Shown: piece after piece, positions 11,315 through 25,536 of the stretch
How the letters are laid out: each line of letters begins with the position of its first letter
Position numbering within the stretch: the first letter of the stretch is position 1
NCBI RefSeq assembly: GCF_028641065.1
Contig: NW_026576392.1
Coordinates: forward strand, 1 to 64,000
DNA: 64,000 nt
Source of the DNA: Leucoraja erinacea
Taxonomy: Eukaryota
Direction of reading: 5' to 3'
Made by a program: the position numbers and the translations under genes
Notes under the pieces: model-generated
What the model was told of the DNA's origin: nothing
The model's database searches: none
The model's input: only the letters and a program-made list of their open reading frames with translations

Positions 11315-13589
11315 TTGCATTCCATATCTTGTACAATGTCTGACAGACGCCGCTGAGAGCCTCCAACACATAATTTTAGATTTGCTGCACATTCCAGCAT
11401 CTCTAGTCATACGTGACTTGTTTTCAAGAATGGACTGGAAGGCTGTTCTGGTAGAATGGGTCAGTTATACAGAATAAACGCTTAGCACAAACGTAATTAC
11501 TGCATCAGGAAGCAAATAAGCACGATGAAAATCATATATTTTTTTCAAATAAAGTCACAATGCTACATAAAATTGCTTCGTTAAAGTGGATATCTTTCTG
11601 GATAATGTTGTCGTGCCTTAAAATGTTCAAATGTTATTGATCTGCCTGAACTCAGCTGCGAAAATAAGTGATCGGCAGAATAACCTGGTATTTAATTGTT
11701 ATAGAGGGAATGTATCGTCATCGCAGTGTACACAGGCGTGTATCCCGGTTAGTTGGTCAATCGGGTAACTACACTGCAAGCTTCTTTCCCAAATACTCCG
11801 ACTAATAACAGATCTACAGAGTCGAATTTGGGGGGCACTGCTACTGTTGGACCCACGGCATATTTCATCTGAATACAGTAATCAATGAGGCAGACCTTGG
11901 GGTGAAACACGTCGGGTGAATATCCGTAACAATAATGTTCTAAGAGAATGCTAAAGATTGGCTTCAAGTCGCTAAAGATTTCCACACCGGCGCCCGCTCT
12001 TCAAAATAACAGTGACAAGAATTTCTCAATTAAATCAATGAATTATCTTACAACATACATACAACTAATGCCACTGATAATAATATTGTAGCAATCGAGC
12101 TTTGTCAGGGGATGAAATGGCATAAGAGTCAAGGCACGAGTAGGGGCGATATGTGGGCAAGTGCTTTGTAAAATGTCACAGAGGAGATGTTAAGAGAAAG
12201 GCATGGAATCCGAGATGGAGGTGAAGGTTTGAACGCCAAGACGCTCCTCTACTTTAACAACCATATGTCACACTTCAAACTGCTGCAAATTATTCTGTTG
12301 GTTGTTCATCTCCAGTTTCAATGATGAGATCCACCCCTCGCTTCATCAAACATTCACCAGATCACAGTTTATTCAATGAGGAGAAGGCTATTTTGTTGTT
12401 TTGAAGGGTTTCTTTAGCGTGTGGAAATCTTTTTTGACTGTGCCTATCTTTATTATTATCCGCCAAAATGCGTTGTGTTCATTCAACAACATTCACGGTG
12501 CTCTCCCAAACCGCAAAACATTCGCGTGAATGATTTACCCTGCCCACCATTCCAACCCAACCAAATTAAATTCCGGGCGGCCACGGTGGCGCAGCAGTAG
12601 AGCTGCTGCCTTACAGCACTTGCAGCGCCGGAGACACGGAATCGATCCCGTCTATGGGTGCTGTCTGTACGGAGTTTGTAGGTTCTCGCCGTCACCTCGT
12701 GGGTCTTCTCCGAGATCCTGCTGACTCGATGTACTGCTCTCAGCTGCAATGAGCTACATTGCGTTCCCCAATCGGGCCAAATATCGCCAAAGTAGGTAAC
12801 ACATAGATGAAGAAGATGATGTTGATCGGCGTCGCCAGTAAGCGATACATTTTCAATTTCGTTATCATTCATAATCGCACTAATGTTTCTGTTTGAATGC
12901 CAAGTTGTTGCCTTCCCCCCAGCTAACAATGATATTAGACATTTCCTGGACCAGCGTCCGTTTTAATCTCTCGTTATCACACCTTACCGTTCCATATCTC
13001 TAGTCTCCCTCTCTCCTGAATATCGGTCTCGACCCGAAACGTCACCCATCTTCTCTTCGGATATGCGTCCTGTCCCACCTGCATTTTGTGTCTATCTTCG
13101 GCAGGGTACAACAGGATTTAACTCCGTAAAGTAGAGTACAGGCCGGTGCACATCGACCCCATTGTGGACATTGGGATTTGATTCTGGAATTGATGCGCTA
13201 CAATGTGGGGAACTTTATTCTGCACTCTGTACCTTTCCCTTTGCTCTATCTATTGCACTTCGGTTTGAATGAGTTGTATTTATGGATCGTTATCTGATCT
13301 GCCAGCTAGTATGTAAAGCATAGTCTATCACTGTATCTCTGGCCATTATAAATCTAAACCCAATCCATGTGTTTTCCACACACCAGACATGGCGATTCTG
13401 TTCACACAGATGACGCCCTCAGCACGGAGCATAGAAAGGGAGTCGGTGTGTGTCAGCTGCGCCGATCACACCGCAAGCCGCCCTCGAGAGAAACTGAGTG
13501 AGTTGGGAAGAATTATCAGACCGCGGGAAACTACAACCAGCAAGCGCGGTGCAGACGTATCTCACTGCAGCTGGCAAAGCAGAAGCTGA

Positions 13590-13628
13590 TGTTTTTGTAT
13601 GAAGGTTTCACTGGTTTCCATCACTGTG
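13590..13628 (-). other. 23-RSS of A4
   Basis: CACAGTG + 23 nt + ACAAAAACA. Confidence 0.95.
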
Positions 13629-14561
13629 CGGCGAAAGGCGCAGCAATAAACTGCAGAGTCGCTCAGCTCCAGCCCCGATAGGGTTAAACTGACTAATTTT
13701 CTATCGGTCTGGAGCTGGGCAGCGAAGCGATCGCCTGCAAAATCGGCTTTCTTCTCGCCTCCACTTGAATATTTCTTCAATATGAACTCGGGACTTGAAT
13801 CCTGATGATGCCGGTACCAAAATAACTCGTAGCTCGTTGCTGTGGTGTCATAGGTGCAGCTGAAAGTTATCGACTCTCCTTCCACCTTCTGTGCTGACGG
13901 CAGCGATTGTGTGACGGTATCTCCATGATTGGGATCTGAAAAATATATGGATTAGGTTTAGGTTTCTCATGCGTGCACCGAAATACGCGGAGGACCTTTG
14001 TATTGTATGTCACCCAAACACATCAACTGACAATATACTTAAATACAACCGGATCAAACGCACGTGCAATAGATAGTTAAATGGAAGATAGCTAGTGCAG
14101 AATAAAATAATTATTCTTGTAGCGAATCAGTTCCAGAGACAAAGGCCAATGTCGACACTGGGGTGGATATGCATCACATAGTTCCCTTGCATATCGAGGT
14201 GAATCGAGCATTGCCGCGTCTTATCCGTAGGAAGGAACTGCAGATGCTGACTTAAACCGAAGTTAGACACAAAAAGCTGGAGTAACTGAGCGGGTCTGCC
14301 AGCCTCTCTTGACAAAATGAATAGGTGACCCGAAGAGGGGGCTCGACACGAAACATTACCTATACCAATTCATTTTCTCCATGGCATATGGATGGCGGTT
14401 AGATAGTACCCGGCTTTCCATTTACATGTAGGGAAATATTAGACCGGTTTCGCAATCACAATGATGGTCGACGTTCCGTCGGAGCAAGTAGCCGGATTAA
14501 CTGTTACGACTTTACCTATCAGGCATGCTCCCCACACAATCCAAATGGCAAGTACGCGCAT
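13629..14561 (-). CDS. TCR alpha/delta V gene, family A (A4), open frame with YCC in place of YYC; leader 14561-14516, V exon 13935-13629
   Basis: Leader, splice sites and V domain intact; DSAVYCCAFR. Confidence 0.9.
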
Positions 14562-16141
14562 TTTCCCTGTGAAAAACCCTTTGTGAAATTCGCTCCTCGA
14601 TCTGGTGTTGTGCGGCTTTCGGATGTTCTCGCCTCTCCTGCTGGTGCTGGTGGCGCTGGGGTAAAGGTGGGCGGGAAGCGGCTGACTTCCGCCGACCTCA
14701 ACTTCCTTCCCCCTTGGGACTCGGTCAGCGTTCTTTCAGGTTCGGCATGTAGTGACTGGGTGGGGGAAGGAAACGTCTTCATCGCTGTAACGCTGGAAAC
14801 TCGGCTCGGCTTTTGTGAGGAACTCTAAGGTATCATCATGTAAAGGAACTATGAGGAGCGGGTCAATGCGGGATTTATAGGTTACGTTGATTGCCTGGCG
14901 AAATGTACTTTCTGTTTAAATTTAATTCCGACTTAGAAATAACTCCCATTCCCACATCGAACCGCAAGGAACGGATTCGATGCGAGAAAGATGCAAGTTA
15001 GGATGCGAGGCCACCTTTAGAGTATTGCGTTCCGTTTTGGGCACGTGTCATATGAAAGATGTTGTCCAGCAGGGAAGGGTGCAGAGAAAACTTGCGATGT
15101 TGTTGCCAGCACCCAATGGACTGAGTTTGATTCGTGTAGTTCAGAGATACAGCGCGGAAACTGGCCCTTCGGCCCAACGAGCCCGCCACCTTCCAGTGAT
15201 CCCCGCACATCAACAATACCCTACACACACTGTGGACAATTTTACATTGATCAAGTCAAGTCAATTTTATTTCTATAGCACATTTAAGAACAACTCTCGT
15301 TGTGCAAAGAGCTTTATATTAGTGCATGTACTAAACGCGATACAAACAGTTGTACAGAGATCAACAATACATACAGAAGTACACACATGCAGCGCTCCCT
15401 CAGGGGACCTCAAGAAAGGCTTGAGAGTAGAAATAGGTTTTCAGTCTAGACTTAAAGGAGTTGATGGAGGGGCTGTTCTGGTGGGAAGAGGGATGCTGTT
15501 CCATTGTGTTGGTATTTATAACAAGCCACTTAACCTACAAACATGTACGTCTTTGGATTGTGGGCGAATCCTCAAGATCTCGGAGAAAGCCCACGCAAGT
15601 CACGGCGAGAGCCTACAAATTGTACATACAAGCACCCGTAGTCAGGATACCCGTGTCTCTGGCGCAGTAAGGAAGTAGCTATACCGTTACGTCACCGTGC
15701 CGCCGTGCTACTGAGCTACATGGTGAGGATGAGGTGGCTAGGACTATTCCATGATGTGCAGGGGGGTGAAGGGTGTCCAAAATCGTGAGAGCAGTAGATC
15801 TGGTAAATGCACAGAGTTACTTGCCCCGTATAGAGGAATAGAGAACCAGAGGATACAGGTTGATGGTGTGTGTGTGTGTGGTGGGGCTTTAATATGAACC
15901 ATTGTCTGTACACAGTTTGCGTGGGTTTTTCTCCGAGATCTTGGTTTTCCGCCCACACTCCAAAGGCGTCCATGTTTGTAGGTTAATTGACTTATTATCA
16001 ATGTAAAATTGTCCCTAGTTTGGTTATTGTTAATGTGCGGGGATCACTGGTAGGTGCGGACTCGGTGGGCCGAAGGGCCCGTTTCCGCGCTCTATCTCTG
16101 AACTACACTAAACAAAACTCAGTCCCTTGGGTGCTGGCAAC

Positions 16142-16173
<32 letters not shown>

Positions 16174-16879
16174 GTCAATCAATCAACCTTTATTGTCATC
16201 TTGCAAGCAACAGTTGTACAGTGCAAAATGAAAAGACGTTTCCCAGGGAATAGCGGCGCATAGCACATGAAATTTAAAACATTTCACACATAGTAACACG
16301 AAAAACAATCCAGTCCCTGATGGAACAGTATAAATAGTTAAAAGCAGGTAAAACACAACGTTAAAATACAATAAACCAATCATAAAAATGTCCGGGGCAA
16401 CTGATTTGAGTGGACCGTGCCAGTTGTTAAAGTGGCCAGTGCCAGTTATTAAAGTGAACGTGTCAGCCGCAGAATCAAGTGACTGTGAGTACAGAGTGAT
16501 CATCCCAAGTTTTCTCTACACCCTTTCCTGCTTGACAACATGTTTCATATGACAAGTGCCCAAAACGGAACGCAATACTCTAAAGGTGGCCTCGCATCCT
16601 AACTTGCATCTCTCTCGCATTGAATCCGTTCCCTGCGGTTCGATGTTGGAATGGGGACAATTTCTAACTCGGAGATAAATTTAAACGGAAGGTACATTTC
16701 GCCAGGCCATCAACGTAACATATCAACCCATCATTGACCCGCACCTCACAGTTCCTTTACATTATGATACCTCACAAAAGCCGAACCGAGTTTCCCCTGT
16801 TACAGCGATGACGACGTTTCCTCCCCCCACCCAGTCACTACTTACCTAGCCTGAAAGAACGCTGACCGAGTCCCAACTG

Positions 16880-16920
16880 GGGAGGAAGTTGAGGTCGGCG
16901 GAAGTCAGTCGCTTCCCGCC
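16880..16920 (+). promoter_or_regulatory. Candidate family A V promoter, ETS-site cluster 110-150 bp upstream of ATG (present in most copies)
   Basis: GAGGAAGT (PU.1/Spi-like) followed by GGCGGAAGT-cagtc-(g/a)CTTCCCGCC. Confidence 0.45.
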
Positions 16921-17028
16921 CGCCGTTACCACAGCGCCACCAGCATCAGCAGGAGAGGCGAGAACATCCGAAAGCCGCACAGCACCAGGTCGAGGAGAGA
17001 ATTTCACAAATAACCTTTCACAGGGAAA

Positions 17029-17960
17029 ATGCGCGTATTTGCCATTTGGATTGTGTGGGGAGCATGCCTGATAGGTAAAGTCGCAACAGTTAATCCGGCT
17101 ACTTACTCCGATGAAAGGTCGACCATCATTGTGAATGCGAACCGGTCTAATATTTCCCTACATGTAAATGGAAAGCCGGGTACTATCTAATCGTCATCCA
17201 TATGCCATGGAGAAAATGAATTGGTACAGGTAATGTTTCGGGTCGAGATCCTTCTTTGGGTCACCTATTCATTTTGCCAAGGGAGGCTGGCAGACCTGCT
17301 GAGTTACTCCAGCTTTTTGTGTCTAACTTCGGTTTAAGTTAGCATCTGCATTTCCTTCCTACCTCTCAGCCGCGGCCATGTTCGATTCACCTCGATGTGC
17401 AAGGGAACTATGCGATGCATATCTACCCCAGTGTCGAAATTGGCCTTTGCTTCTGGAACTGATTCGCTACAATAATATGAACTTTATTCTGCACTCGCTA
17501 TCTTCACTTTAACTATCTTTTGCACGTGCGTTTGATTTGATTGTATTGAAGTATATTATCAGTTGATGTGTTTGGGTGGCATGTAATACAAAGGTCTTCC
17601 GCGTATTTCGGTGCACGCATGACGAACCTAAACTTAATCCATATATTTTTCAGATCCCAATCATGGAGATACCGTCACACAATCGCTGCCGTCAGCACAG
17701 AAGGTAGAAGGAGAGTCGGTGACTTTCAGCTGCACCTATGATACCGTAGCAACGTACTACACCTTATTTTGGTACCGGCATCATCAGGACTCAAGGCCCG
17801 AGTTCATACTGTATAAAGATTCAAGAGGAAACGAGGAGAAAGCCGATTTTGCAGGTGATCGCTTCTCTGCCCAGCTCCAGACCGATAGAAAATTAGTCAG
17901 TTTAACCCTATCGGGGCTGGAGCTGAGCGACTCTGCAGTTTATTACTGCGCTCTGAGCCT
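17029..17960 (+). CDS. TCR alpha/delta V gene, family A (A5), intact; leader 17029-17074, V exon 17654-17960
   Basis: MRVFAIWIVWGACLI leader; V domain ending DSAVYYCALS. Confidence 0.93.
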
Positions 17961-17999
17961 CACAGTGATGGAAACCAGTGAAACCTTCCTACAAAAACA
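17961..17999 (+). other. 23-RSS of A5
   Basis: CACAGTG + 23 nt + ACAAAAACA. Confidence 0.95.
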
Positions 18000-20549
18000 T
18001 CTACTTGTGCTTTGCCTGCTGCAGCTTGATACGTCTGCACCGCGCTTGCTGTTTGTGGTTTCCCGCCGCGTGAGAATTCTTCCCAACTCACTCAGTTTCT
18101 CTCGAGGGCGGCTTGCCGTGTCATCGGCGCAGCTGAAACCCACCGACTCCCTTTCTGTGCTCCGTGCTGAAGGCGGCAACTGTGTGAGCAGAATCGCCAT
18201 GTCCGGTGTCTGGAAAACACATGGATTGGATTTAGATTTATAATGGTCAGAGATATAGTGATGAACTATACTTTGCATTTCATATCTTGTACAATGTCTG
18301 TCAGACGCCGCTGAGATCCCCCAACACATAATTTTAGATTTGCTGCACATTCCAGCATCTCTAGTTATACGTGACTTGTTTTCAAGAATGGATTGGAAGG
18401 CTGTTCTGGTAGAATGGGTCAGATATACAGAATAAACGCTTAGCACGAACCCAATTACTGCATCAGCAAGCGAAATAAGCACGATGGAAATAATCTATAT
18501 TTCAAATAAAGACATATTGCTACATAAAATTGCTTCGTTAAAGTGGATATCTTTCTGGATAATGTTGTCGTGCCTTAAAATGTTCAAATGTTATTGATCT
18601 GCCTGAACTCAGCTGCGAAAATAAGTGATCGGCAGAATAACCTGGTATTTAATTGTTATAGTGGGAATGGATGGTCATCGAAGTGTACACAGGCGTGTAT
18701 CCCGGTTAGTTGGTCAATCGAGTAACTACACTGCAAGCTTCTTTGCCAAATACTCCGACTAATGACAGATATACAGAGTCGAACCTGGGGGCACTGCTAC
18801 TGTTGGACCTACGGTTTATTTTATCTGAATACAGTAATCAGTGAGGCAAAGCTTGGGTGAACCACGTCGGTTGAATATCGGTAATGTTTGTTGAATGTTC
18901 AAAGAGAATGATAAAGATAGGTTTCAAGTCGCCAAAAACGTCCACACCGGCGCCCGCTCTTCAAAATAACAGTGACAAGAATTTCTCAATTAATTCAATG
19001 AATCATTTTACAACATACATACAACTACTGCCACTGATAATAATATTGTAGCTTTGACAGGGGATGCAAGGGGATAAGAGTCAAGGCACGAGTAGGGGCG
19101 ATATGTGGGCAAGTGCTTTGTAAAATGGCACAGAGGAGATGTTAAGAGAAAGGCACTGAATCCGAGATTGAGATGAAGGTTTGAACGCCAAGACGCTCCT
19201 CTACTTTAACAACCATATGTCACATTTCAAATTGCTGCAAGTTATTCTGTTGGTTGTTCATCTCCAGTTTCAATGATGAGATCCACCCCTCGCTTCATCA
19301 AACATTTACCAGCTCACAGTTTATTCAAGGAGGAGAAGGCCATTTTGTTATTTTGAACGGTTTTTTTAGCGTGTGGAAATCTTTCTTGACTTGGTGCCTA
19401 TCTTTATTATTCTCCGCGAAAATGCGTTGTGTTCATTTACCAACATTCACGGTGCTCTCCCAAACCGCAAAGCATTCGCGTGAATTATTTACCCTGCCCA
19501 CCATTCCAATCCAACCCAACCAAATTAAATTCCGAACGGCCACGGTGGCGCAGCAGTAGAGTTGCTGCCTTACAGCACTTGCAGCGCCGGAGATACGGGA
19601 TCGATCCCGTCTACGGGTGCTGTCTGTACGGAGTCTGTAGGTTCTCGCCGTGACCTCGTGGGTCTTCTTCGAGATGCTGCTGACTCGATGTACTGCTCTC
19701 AGCTGCAATGAGCTACATTGCGTTCCCCAATCGAGCCAATAATCGCCAATGTAGGGAACACGCAGATGAAGAAGATGATGTTGCTCGGCGTCGCCAATAA
19801 GCGATACATTTCCAATTTCGTTATCATTCATAATCTCATTAATGTTTCTGTTTGAATGCCAAGTTGTTGCCTTCTACCACAGCTAACAATGATATTAGAC
19901 ATTTCCTGGACTTGCGTCCGTTTTAATCTCTCGTTATCACACCTTACAGTTCCATATCTCTAGTCTCCCTCTCTCCTGAATCTCGATCTTGACCCGAAAC
20001 GTCACCCATCTTCTCCCCGGATATGCCTTATGTCCCACCTGCATTTTGTGTCTATCTTCGGCAGGGGACTACAGGATTTAACTCCGTAAAGTAGAGTACA
20101 GGCCGGTGCACATCGACCCCATTGTGGACATTGGGATTTGATTCTGGAATTGATGCGCTACAATGTGGAGAACTTTATTCTGCACTCTCTATCTTTCCCT
20201 TTGCTCTATCTATAGCACTTCGGTTTGAATGGGTTGTATTTATGGATCGTTATCTGATCTGCCAGTTAGTATGTAAAGCATAGTTAATCACTGTATCTCT
20301 GACCATTATAAATCTAAACACAATCCTTGTGTTTTCCAGACTACAGACAAGGCGATTCTGTTCACACAGATGCCGCGCTTAGCACGGATGACAGAAAGGG
20401 AGTCGGTGGGTTTCAGCTGCGCCGATGACACCGCAAGCCGCCCTCGAGAGAAACTGAGTGAGTTGGGAAGAATTCTCAGACCGCGGGAAACCACAACCAG
20501 CAAGCGCGGTGCAGACGTATCTCACTGCAGCAGGCAAAGCAGAAGCTGA

Positions 20550-20588
20550 TGTTTTTGTATGAAGGTTTCACTGGTTTCCATCACTGTG
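20550..20588 (-). other. 23-RSS of A6
   Basis: CACAGTG + 23 nt + ACAAAAACA. Confidence 0.95.
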
Positions 20589-21519
20589 AGGCTAAAGGCG
20601 CAGTAATAAACTGCAGAGTCGCTCAGCTGCAGCCCCGATAGGGTTAAACTGACTAATTTTCTATCGATCTGGAGCTGGGCAGAGAAGCGATCGCCTGCAA
20701 AATCGGCTTTCTTCTCGGTTCCTCCTGAATGTTTCCACAGTATGAACTCGGGCCTTGAGTCCTGATGATGCCGGTACCAAAATAAGAGGTAGTTCGTTGC
20801 TGCGGTATCATAGGTGCAGCTGAAAGTCACCGACTCTCCTTCCACTTTCTGTAATGACGGCAGCGATTGTGTGACGGTATCTCCATGATTGGGATCTGAA
20901 AAAATATATGGATTAGGTTTAGGTTTGTCATGCGTGCACCGAAATACGCGGAAGACCTTTGTATTACATCACCCAAACACATCAACTGATAATATACATA
21001 AATACAATCGTATCAAACGCACGCGCAATAGATAGACATAGGGAAGATAGCGAGTGCAGAATAAAGTTACTATTATTGTAGCGAATCAGTTCCAGAGACA
21101 AAGGCCGATGCCGACACTGGGGTGGATATGCATCGCATAGTTCCCTTGCATATCGAGGTGAATCGAACATGGCCGCGGCTGAGAGGTAGGAAGGAACTGC
21201 AGATGCTGACTTAAACCGAAGTTAGACACGAAAATCTGGAGTAACTCAGCGGATCTGCCAGCCTCTCTTGGCAAAAGGAATAGGTGACCCAAAGAAGGAT
21301 CTCGACCCGAAACATTACCTATACCAATTCATTTTCTCCATGGCATATGGATGGCGATTAGATAGTACCCGGCTTTCCATTTACATGTAGGGAAAGATTA
21401 GACCGGTTCGCATTCACAATGATGGTCGACCTTTCATCGGAGTAAGTAGCCGGATTAACTGTTGCGACTTTACCTATCAGACATGCTCCCCACACAATCC
21501 AAATGGCAAAAACGCGCAT
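20589..21519 (-). CDS. TCR alpha/delta V gene, family A (A6), intact; leader 21519-21474, V exon 20895-20589
   Basis: Leader, splice sites, V domain ending DSAVYYCAFS. Confidence 0.93.
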
Positions 21520-22337
21520 TTTCCATGTGAAAGGCTCTTTGTGAAATTCTCTCCTCGACCTGTTGCTGTGCGGCTTTTGGATGTTCTCGCCTCTCCTGCT
21601 GGTGCTGGTGGCGCTGTGGTAACGGCGGGCGGGAAGCGACTGACTTCCGCCGACCTCAACTTCCTCCCCAGTTGGGACTCGGTCAGCGTTCTTTCAGGCT
21701 AGATAAGTAGTGACTGGGTGGGGGGAGGAAACGTCGTCATCGCTGTAACAGGGGAAACTCGGCTCGGCTTTTGTGAGGTATCATAATGTAAAGGAACTGT
21801 GAGGTGCGGGTCAATGATGGGTTGATATGTTACGTTGATGGCCTGGCGACATGTACCTTCCGTTTAAATTTATCTCTGAGTTAGAAATTGTCCCCATTCC
21901 AACATCGAACCGCACGGAACAGATTCAATGCGAGAGTGATGCAAGTTAGGATGCGAGGCCACCTTTAGAGTATTGCGTTCCGTTTTGGGCACTTGTAATA
22001 TGAAACATGTTGTCAAGCAGGAAAGGGTGTAGAGAAAACTTGGGAGGATCACTCTGTACTCACAGTCACTTGATTCTGCGGCTGACACGGACACTTTAAT
22101 AACTGGCACTGGCCATTTTAACAACTGGCACTGTCCACTCAAATCAGTTGCCCCGGACATTTTTATGATTGGTTTATTGTATTTTAACGTTGTGTTTTAC
22201 CTGCTTTTAACTATTTATACTGTTATTGCTTTTCGTGTTGTTATGTGTGAAATGTTTTAAATTTCATGTGCTATGCGCCGCTATTCCCTGGGAAACGTCT
22301 TTTCATTGTGCACTGTACAACTGTTGCTTGCAAGATG

Positions 22338-22518
22338 NNNNNNNNNNNNNNNNNNNNNNNNNNNNNNNNNNNNNNNNNNNNNNNNNNNNNNNNNNNNNNN
22401 NNNNNNNNNNNNNNNNNNNNNNNNNNNNNNNNNNNNNNNNNNNNNNNNNNNNNNNNNNNNNNNNNNNNNNNNNNNNNNNNNNNNNNNNNNNNNNNNNNNN
22501 NNNNNNNNNNNNNNNNNN
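22338..22518. other. Assembly gap
   Basis: N run. Confidence 1.
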
Positions 22519-24115
22519 AGGGACTGAGTTTTGTTTAGTGTAGTTCAGAGATAGAGCGCGGAAACGGGCCCTTCGGCCTACCGAGTCCGCACCTCCCAGT
22601 GATCCCCGCACATTAACAATACCCAAACTAGGGACAATTTTACATTGATAATAAGTCAATTAACATACAAACATGGACGCCTTTGGAATGTGGGCGGAAA
22701 CCCAATATCGCGGAGAAAACCGACGCAAGGCGCGGGGAGAGCGTACAAACTGTGTACAGACAACGGTTCATAATAAAGCCCCCACACACACACACACACA
22801 CACACACACCATCAACCTGTATCCTCTGGTTCTCTACTCCCCTAAACGGAGCAGGTGTATCTGTGCGTTTACCCGATCAACACCTTTCATGATTATGGAC
22901 ACCCTTCACGCCCCTGCGGATCGTGGAATGGTCCTAGCCACCTCCTCCTCATCATGTAGCACAGTGGCACGGCGGCACGGTGACGTAACAGTATAGCTAC
23001 TTCCTTACTGCGCCAGAGACTCGGGTATCCTGACTACGGGTGCTTGTATGTACAGTTTGTACGCTCTCCCCGTGACTTGCGAGGGTTTTCTCCGAGATCT
23101 TGGGTTTTCGCCCACAATCCAAAGACGTACATGTTTGTAGGTTAAGCGGCTTGTTATAAATACCAACACAATGGAACAGCATCCCTCTTCCCATCAGAAC
23201 AGCCCCCTCCATCAACTATTTTAAGCCTAGACCGAAAACGTAATTCTACTCTCAAGCCTTTCTTGAGATCCTCTGTGAGAGCGCTGTATGTATGTACTTA
23301 TGTGTGTATTGTTGATCTATGTACAACTGTTTGTAGCACGTTTAGAACCTGCACTAATATAAAGCACTTTGCACAACGAGAGTTGTTATTAAATGTGCTA
23401 TAGAAGTTGCCTTGACTTGACTTGATCAACGTAAAACTGTCCCTAGTGTGTGTAGGGTATTGTTGATGTGCGGGGATCACTGGTAGGTGTGGACACAGTG
23501 GGGCCGAAGGGCCAGTTTCCGCACTGTATCTCTGAACTACACGAATCAAACTCAGTCCCTTGGGTGCTGGCAACATCATCGCACGTTTTCTCTGCACCCT
23601 TCCCTGCTGGACAACATCTTTCATATGACACGTGCCCAAAACGGAACGCAATACTCTAAAGGTGGCCTCGCATCCTAACTTGCATCTATCTCGCATCGAA
23701 TCCGTTCCTTGCGGTTCGATGTGGGAATGGGGGTCATTTCTAACTCGGAATTAAATTTAAACAGAAAGTACATTTCGCCAGGCAATCAACGTAACCTATA
23801 AATCCCGCATTGACCCGCTCCTCATAGTTCCTTTACATTATGATACCATGGAGTTCCTCCCAAAAGCCGAGCCGAGTTTCCCCTGTTACAGCGATGAAGA
23901 CGTTTCCTTCCCCCACCCAGTCACTACATGCCTAACCTGAAAGAACGCTGACCGAGTCCCAAATGGGGAGGAAGTTGAGGTAGGCGGAAGTCAGCCGCTT
24001 CCCGCCCACCTCTACCCCCAGCTCCACCAGCACCAGCAGGAGTGGCGAGAACATCCGAAAGCCGCACAGCACCAGATCGAGGAGAAAATTTCACAAAGGG
24101 TTTTTCACAGGGAAA

Positions 24116-25049
24116 ATGCGCGTACTTGCCATTTGGATTGTGTGGGGAGCATGCCTGATAGGTAAAGTCGCAACAGTTAATCCGGCTACTTGCTCCGACG
24201 AAAGGTCGACCATCGTTGTGAATGCGAAACCGGTCTAATCTTTCCCTACATGTAAATGGAAAGCCGGGTACTATCTAATCGCCATCCATATGCCGTGGAG
24301 AAAATTAATTGCTATTGGTAATGTTTCGTGTCGAGACCCCTCTTCCGGTCACCTATTACTTTTGCCAAGAGAGGCTGGCTGATCCGCTGAGTTACTCCAG
24401 CTTTTTGTGTCTAACTTCGGTTTAAGTCAGCATCTGTAGTTTCTTCCTACCTCTCAGCGGCGGCAATGTTCGATTCACCTCGATATGCAAGGGAACTATG
24501 CGATGCATATCCACCCCAGTGTCCGACATTGGCCTTTGTCTCTGGAACTGATTCGCTACAATAATAATAACTTTATTCTGCACTCTCTATCTTCCCTTTA
24601 ACTATCTATTGAACGTGCGTTTGGTTTGATTGTATTTATGTATATTATCAGTTGATGAGTTTGGGTGACATGTAATACAAAGGTCTTCCGCGTATTTCGG
24701 TGCACGCATGACAAACCTAAACCTAATCCATATATTTTTCAGATCCCAATCATGGAGATACCGTCACACAATCGCTGCCGTCAGCACAGAAGGTGGAAGG
24801 AGAGTCGGTGACTTTCAGCTGCACCTATGATACCGCAGCAACGAGCTACTTCTTATTTTGGTACCGGCATCATCAGGACTCAAGGCCCGAGTTCATACTG
24901 TATAAACGTTCAAGAGGAAACGAGGAGAAAGCCGATTTTGCAGGCGATCGCTTCTCTGCCCTGCTCCAGACCGATAGAAAATTTGTCAGTTTAACCCTAT
25001 CGGGGCTGGAGCTGAGCGACTCTGCAGTTTATTACTGCGCTCTGAGCCT
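24116..25049 (+). CDS. TCR alpha/delta V gene, family A (A7), intact; leader 24116-24161, V exon 24743-25049
   Basis: Leader, splice sites, V domain ending DSAVYYCALS. Confidence 0.93.
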
Positions 25050-25088
25050 CACAGTGATGAAAACCAGTGAAACCTTCATACAAAAACA
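25050..25088 (+). other. 23-RSS of A7
   Basis: CACAGTG + 23 nt + ACAAAAACA. Confidence 0.95.
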
Positions 25089-25536
25089 TCTACTTGTGCT
25101 TTGCCTGCTGCATACGTCTGCACCGCACTTGCTGTTTGTGGTTTCCCGCCGCGTTAGAATTCTTCCCAACTCACTCAGTGGATTGGGTTTAGATTTATAA
25201 TGGTCAGAGATAAAGTGATGAACTATGCTTTGCATTCCGTTTCTTGTACAATGTCTGGCAGACGCCGCTGAGATCCCCCAACACATAATTTTAGATTTGC
25301 TGCACATTCCAGCATTTCTAGACATACGTGACTTGTTGTCAAGAATGGACTGGAAGGCTGTTCTGGTAGAATGGGTAAGATATACGGAATAAACGCTTAG
25401 CACGAACCTAATTCCTACCATAGGAAGCGAAACAAGCACGATGAAAATAATCTTTATTTCAAATAAAGACACGTTGCTACTAAAAAATGTGTTCGTTAAA
25501 TTGGATATATTTCTGGAAAATGTTGTCGTGTCTTAA

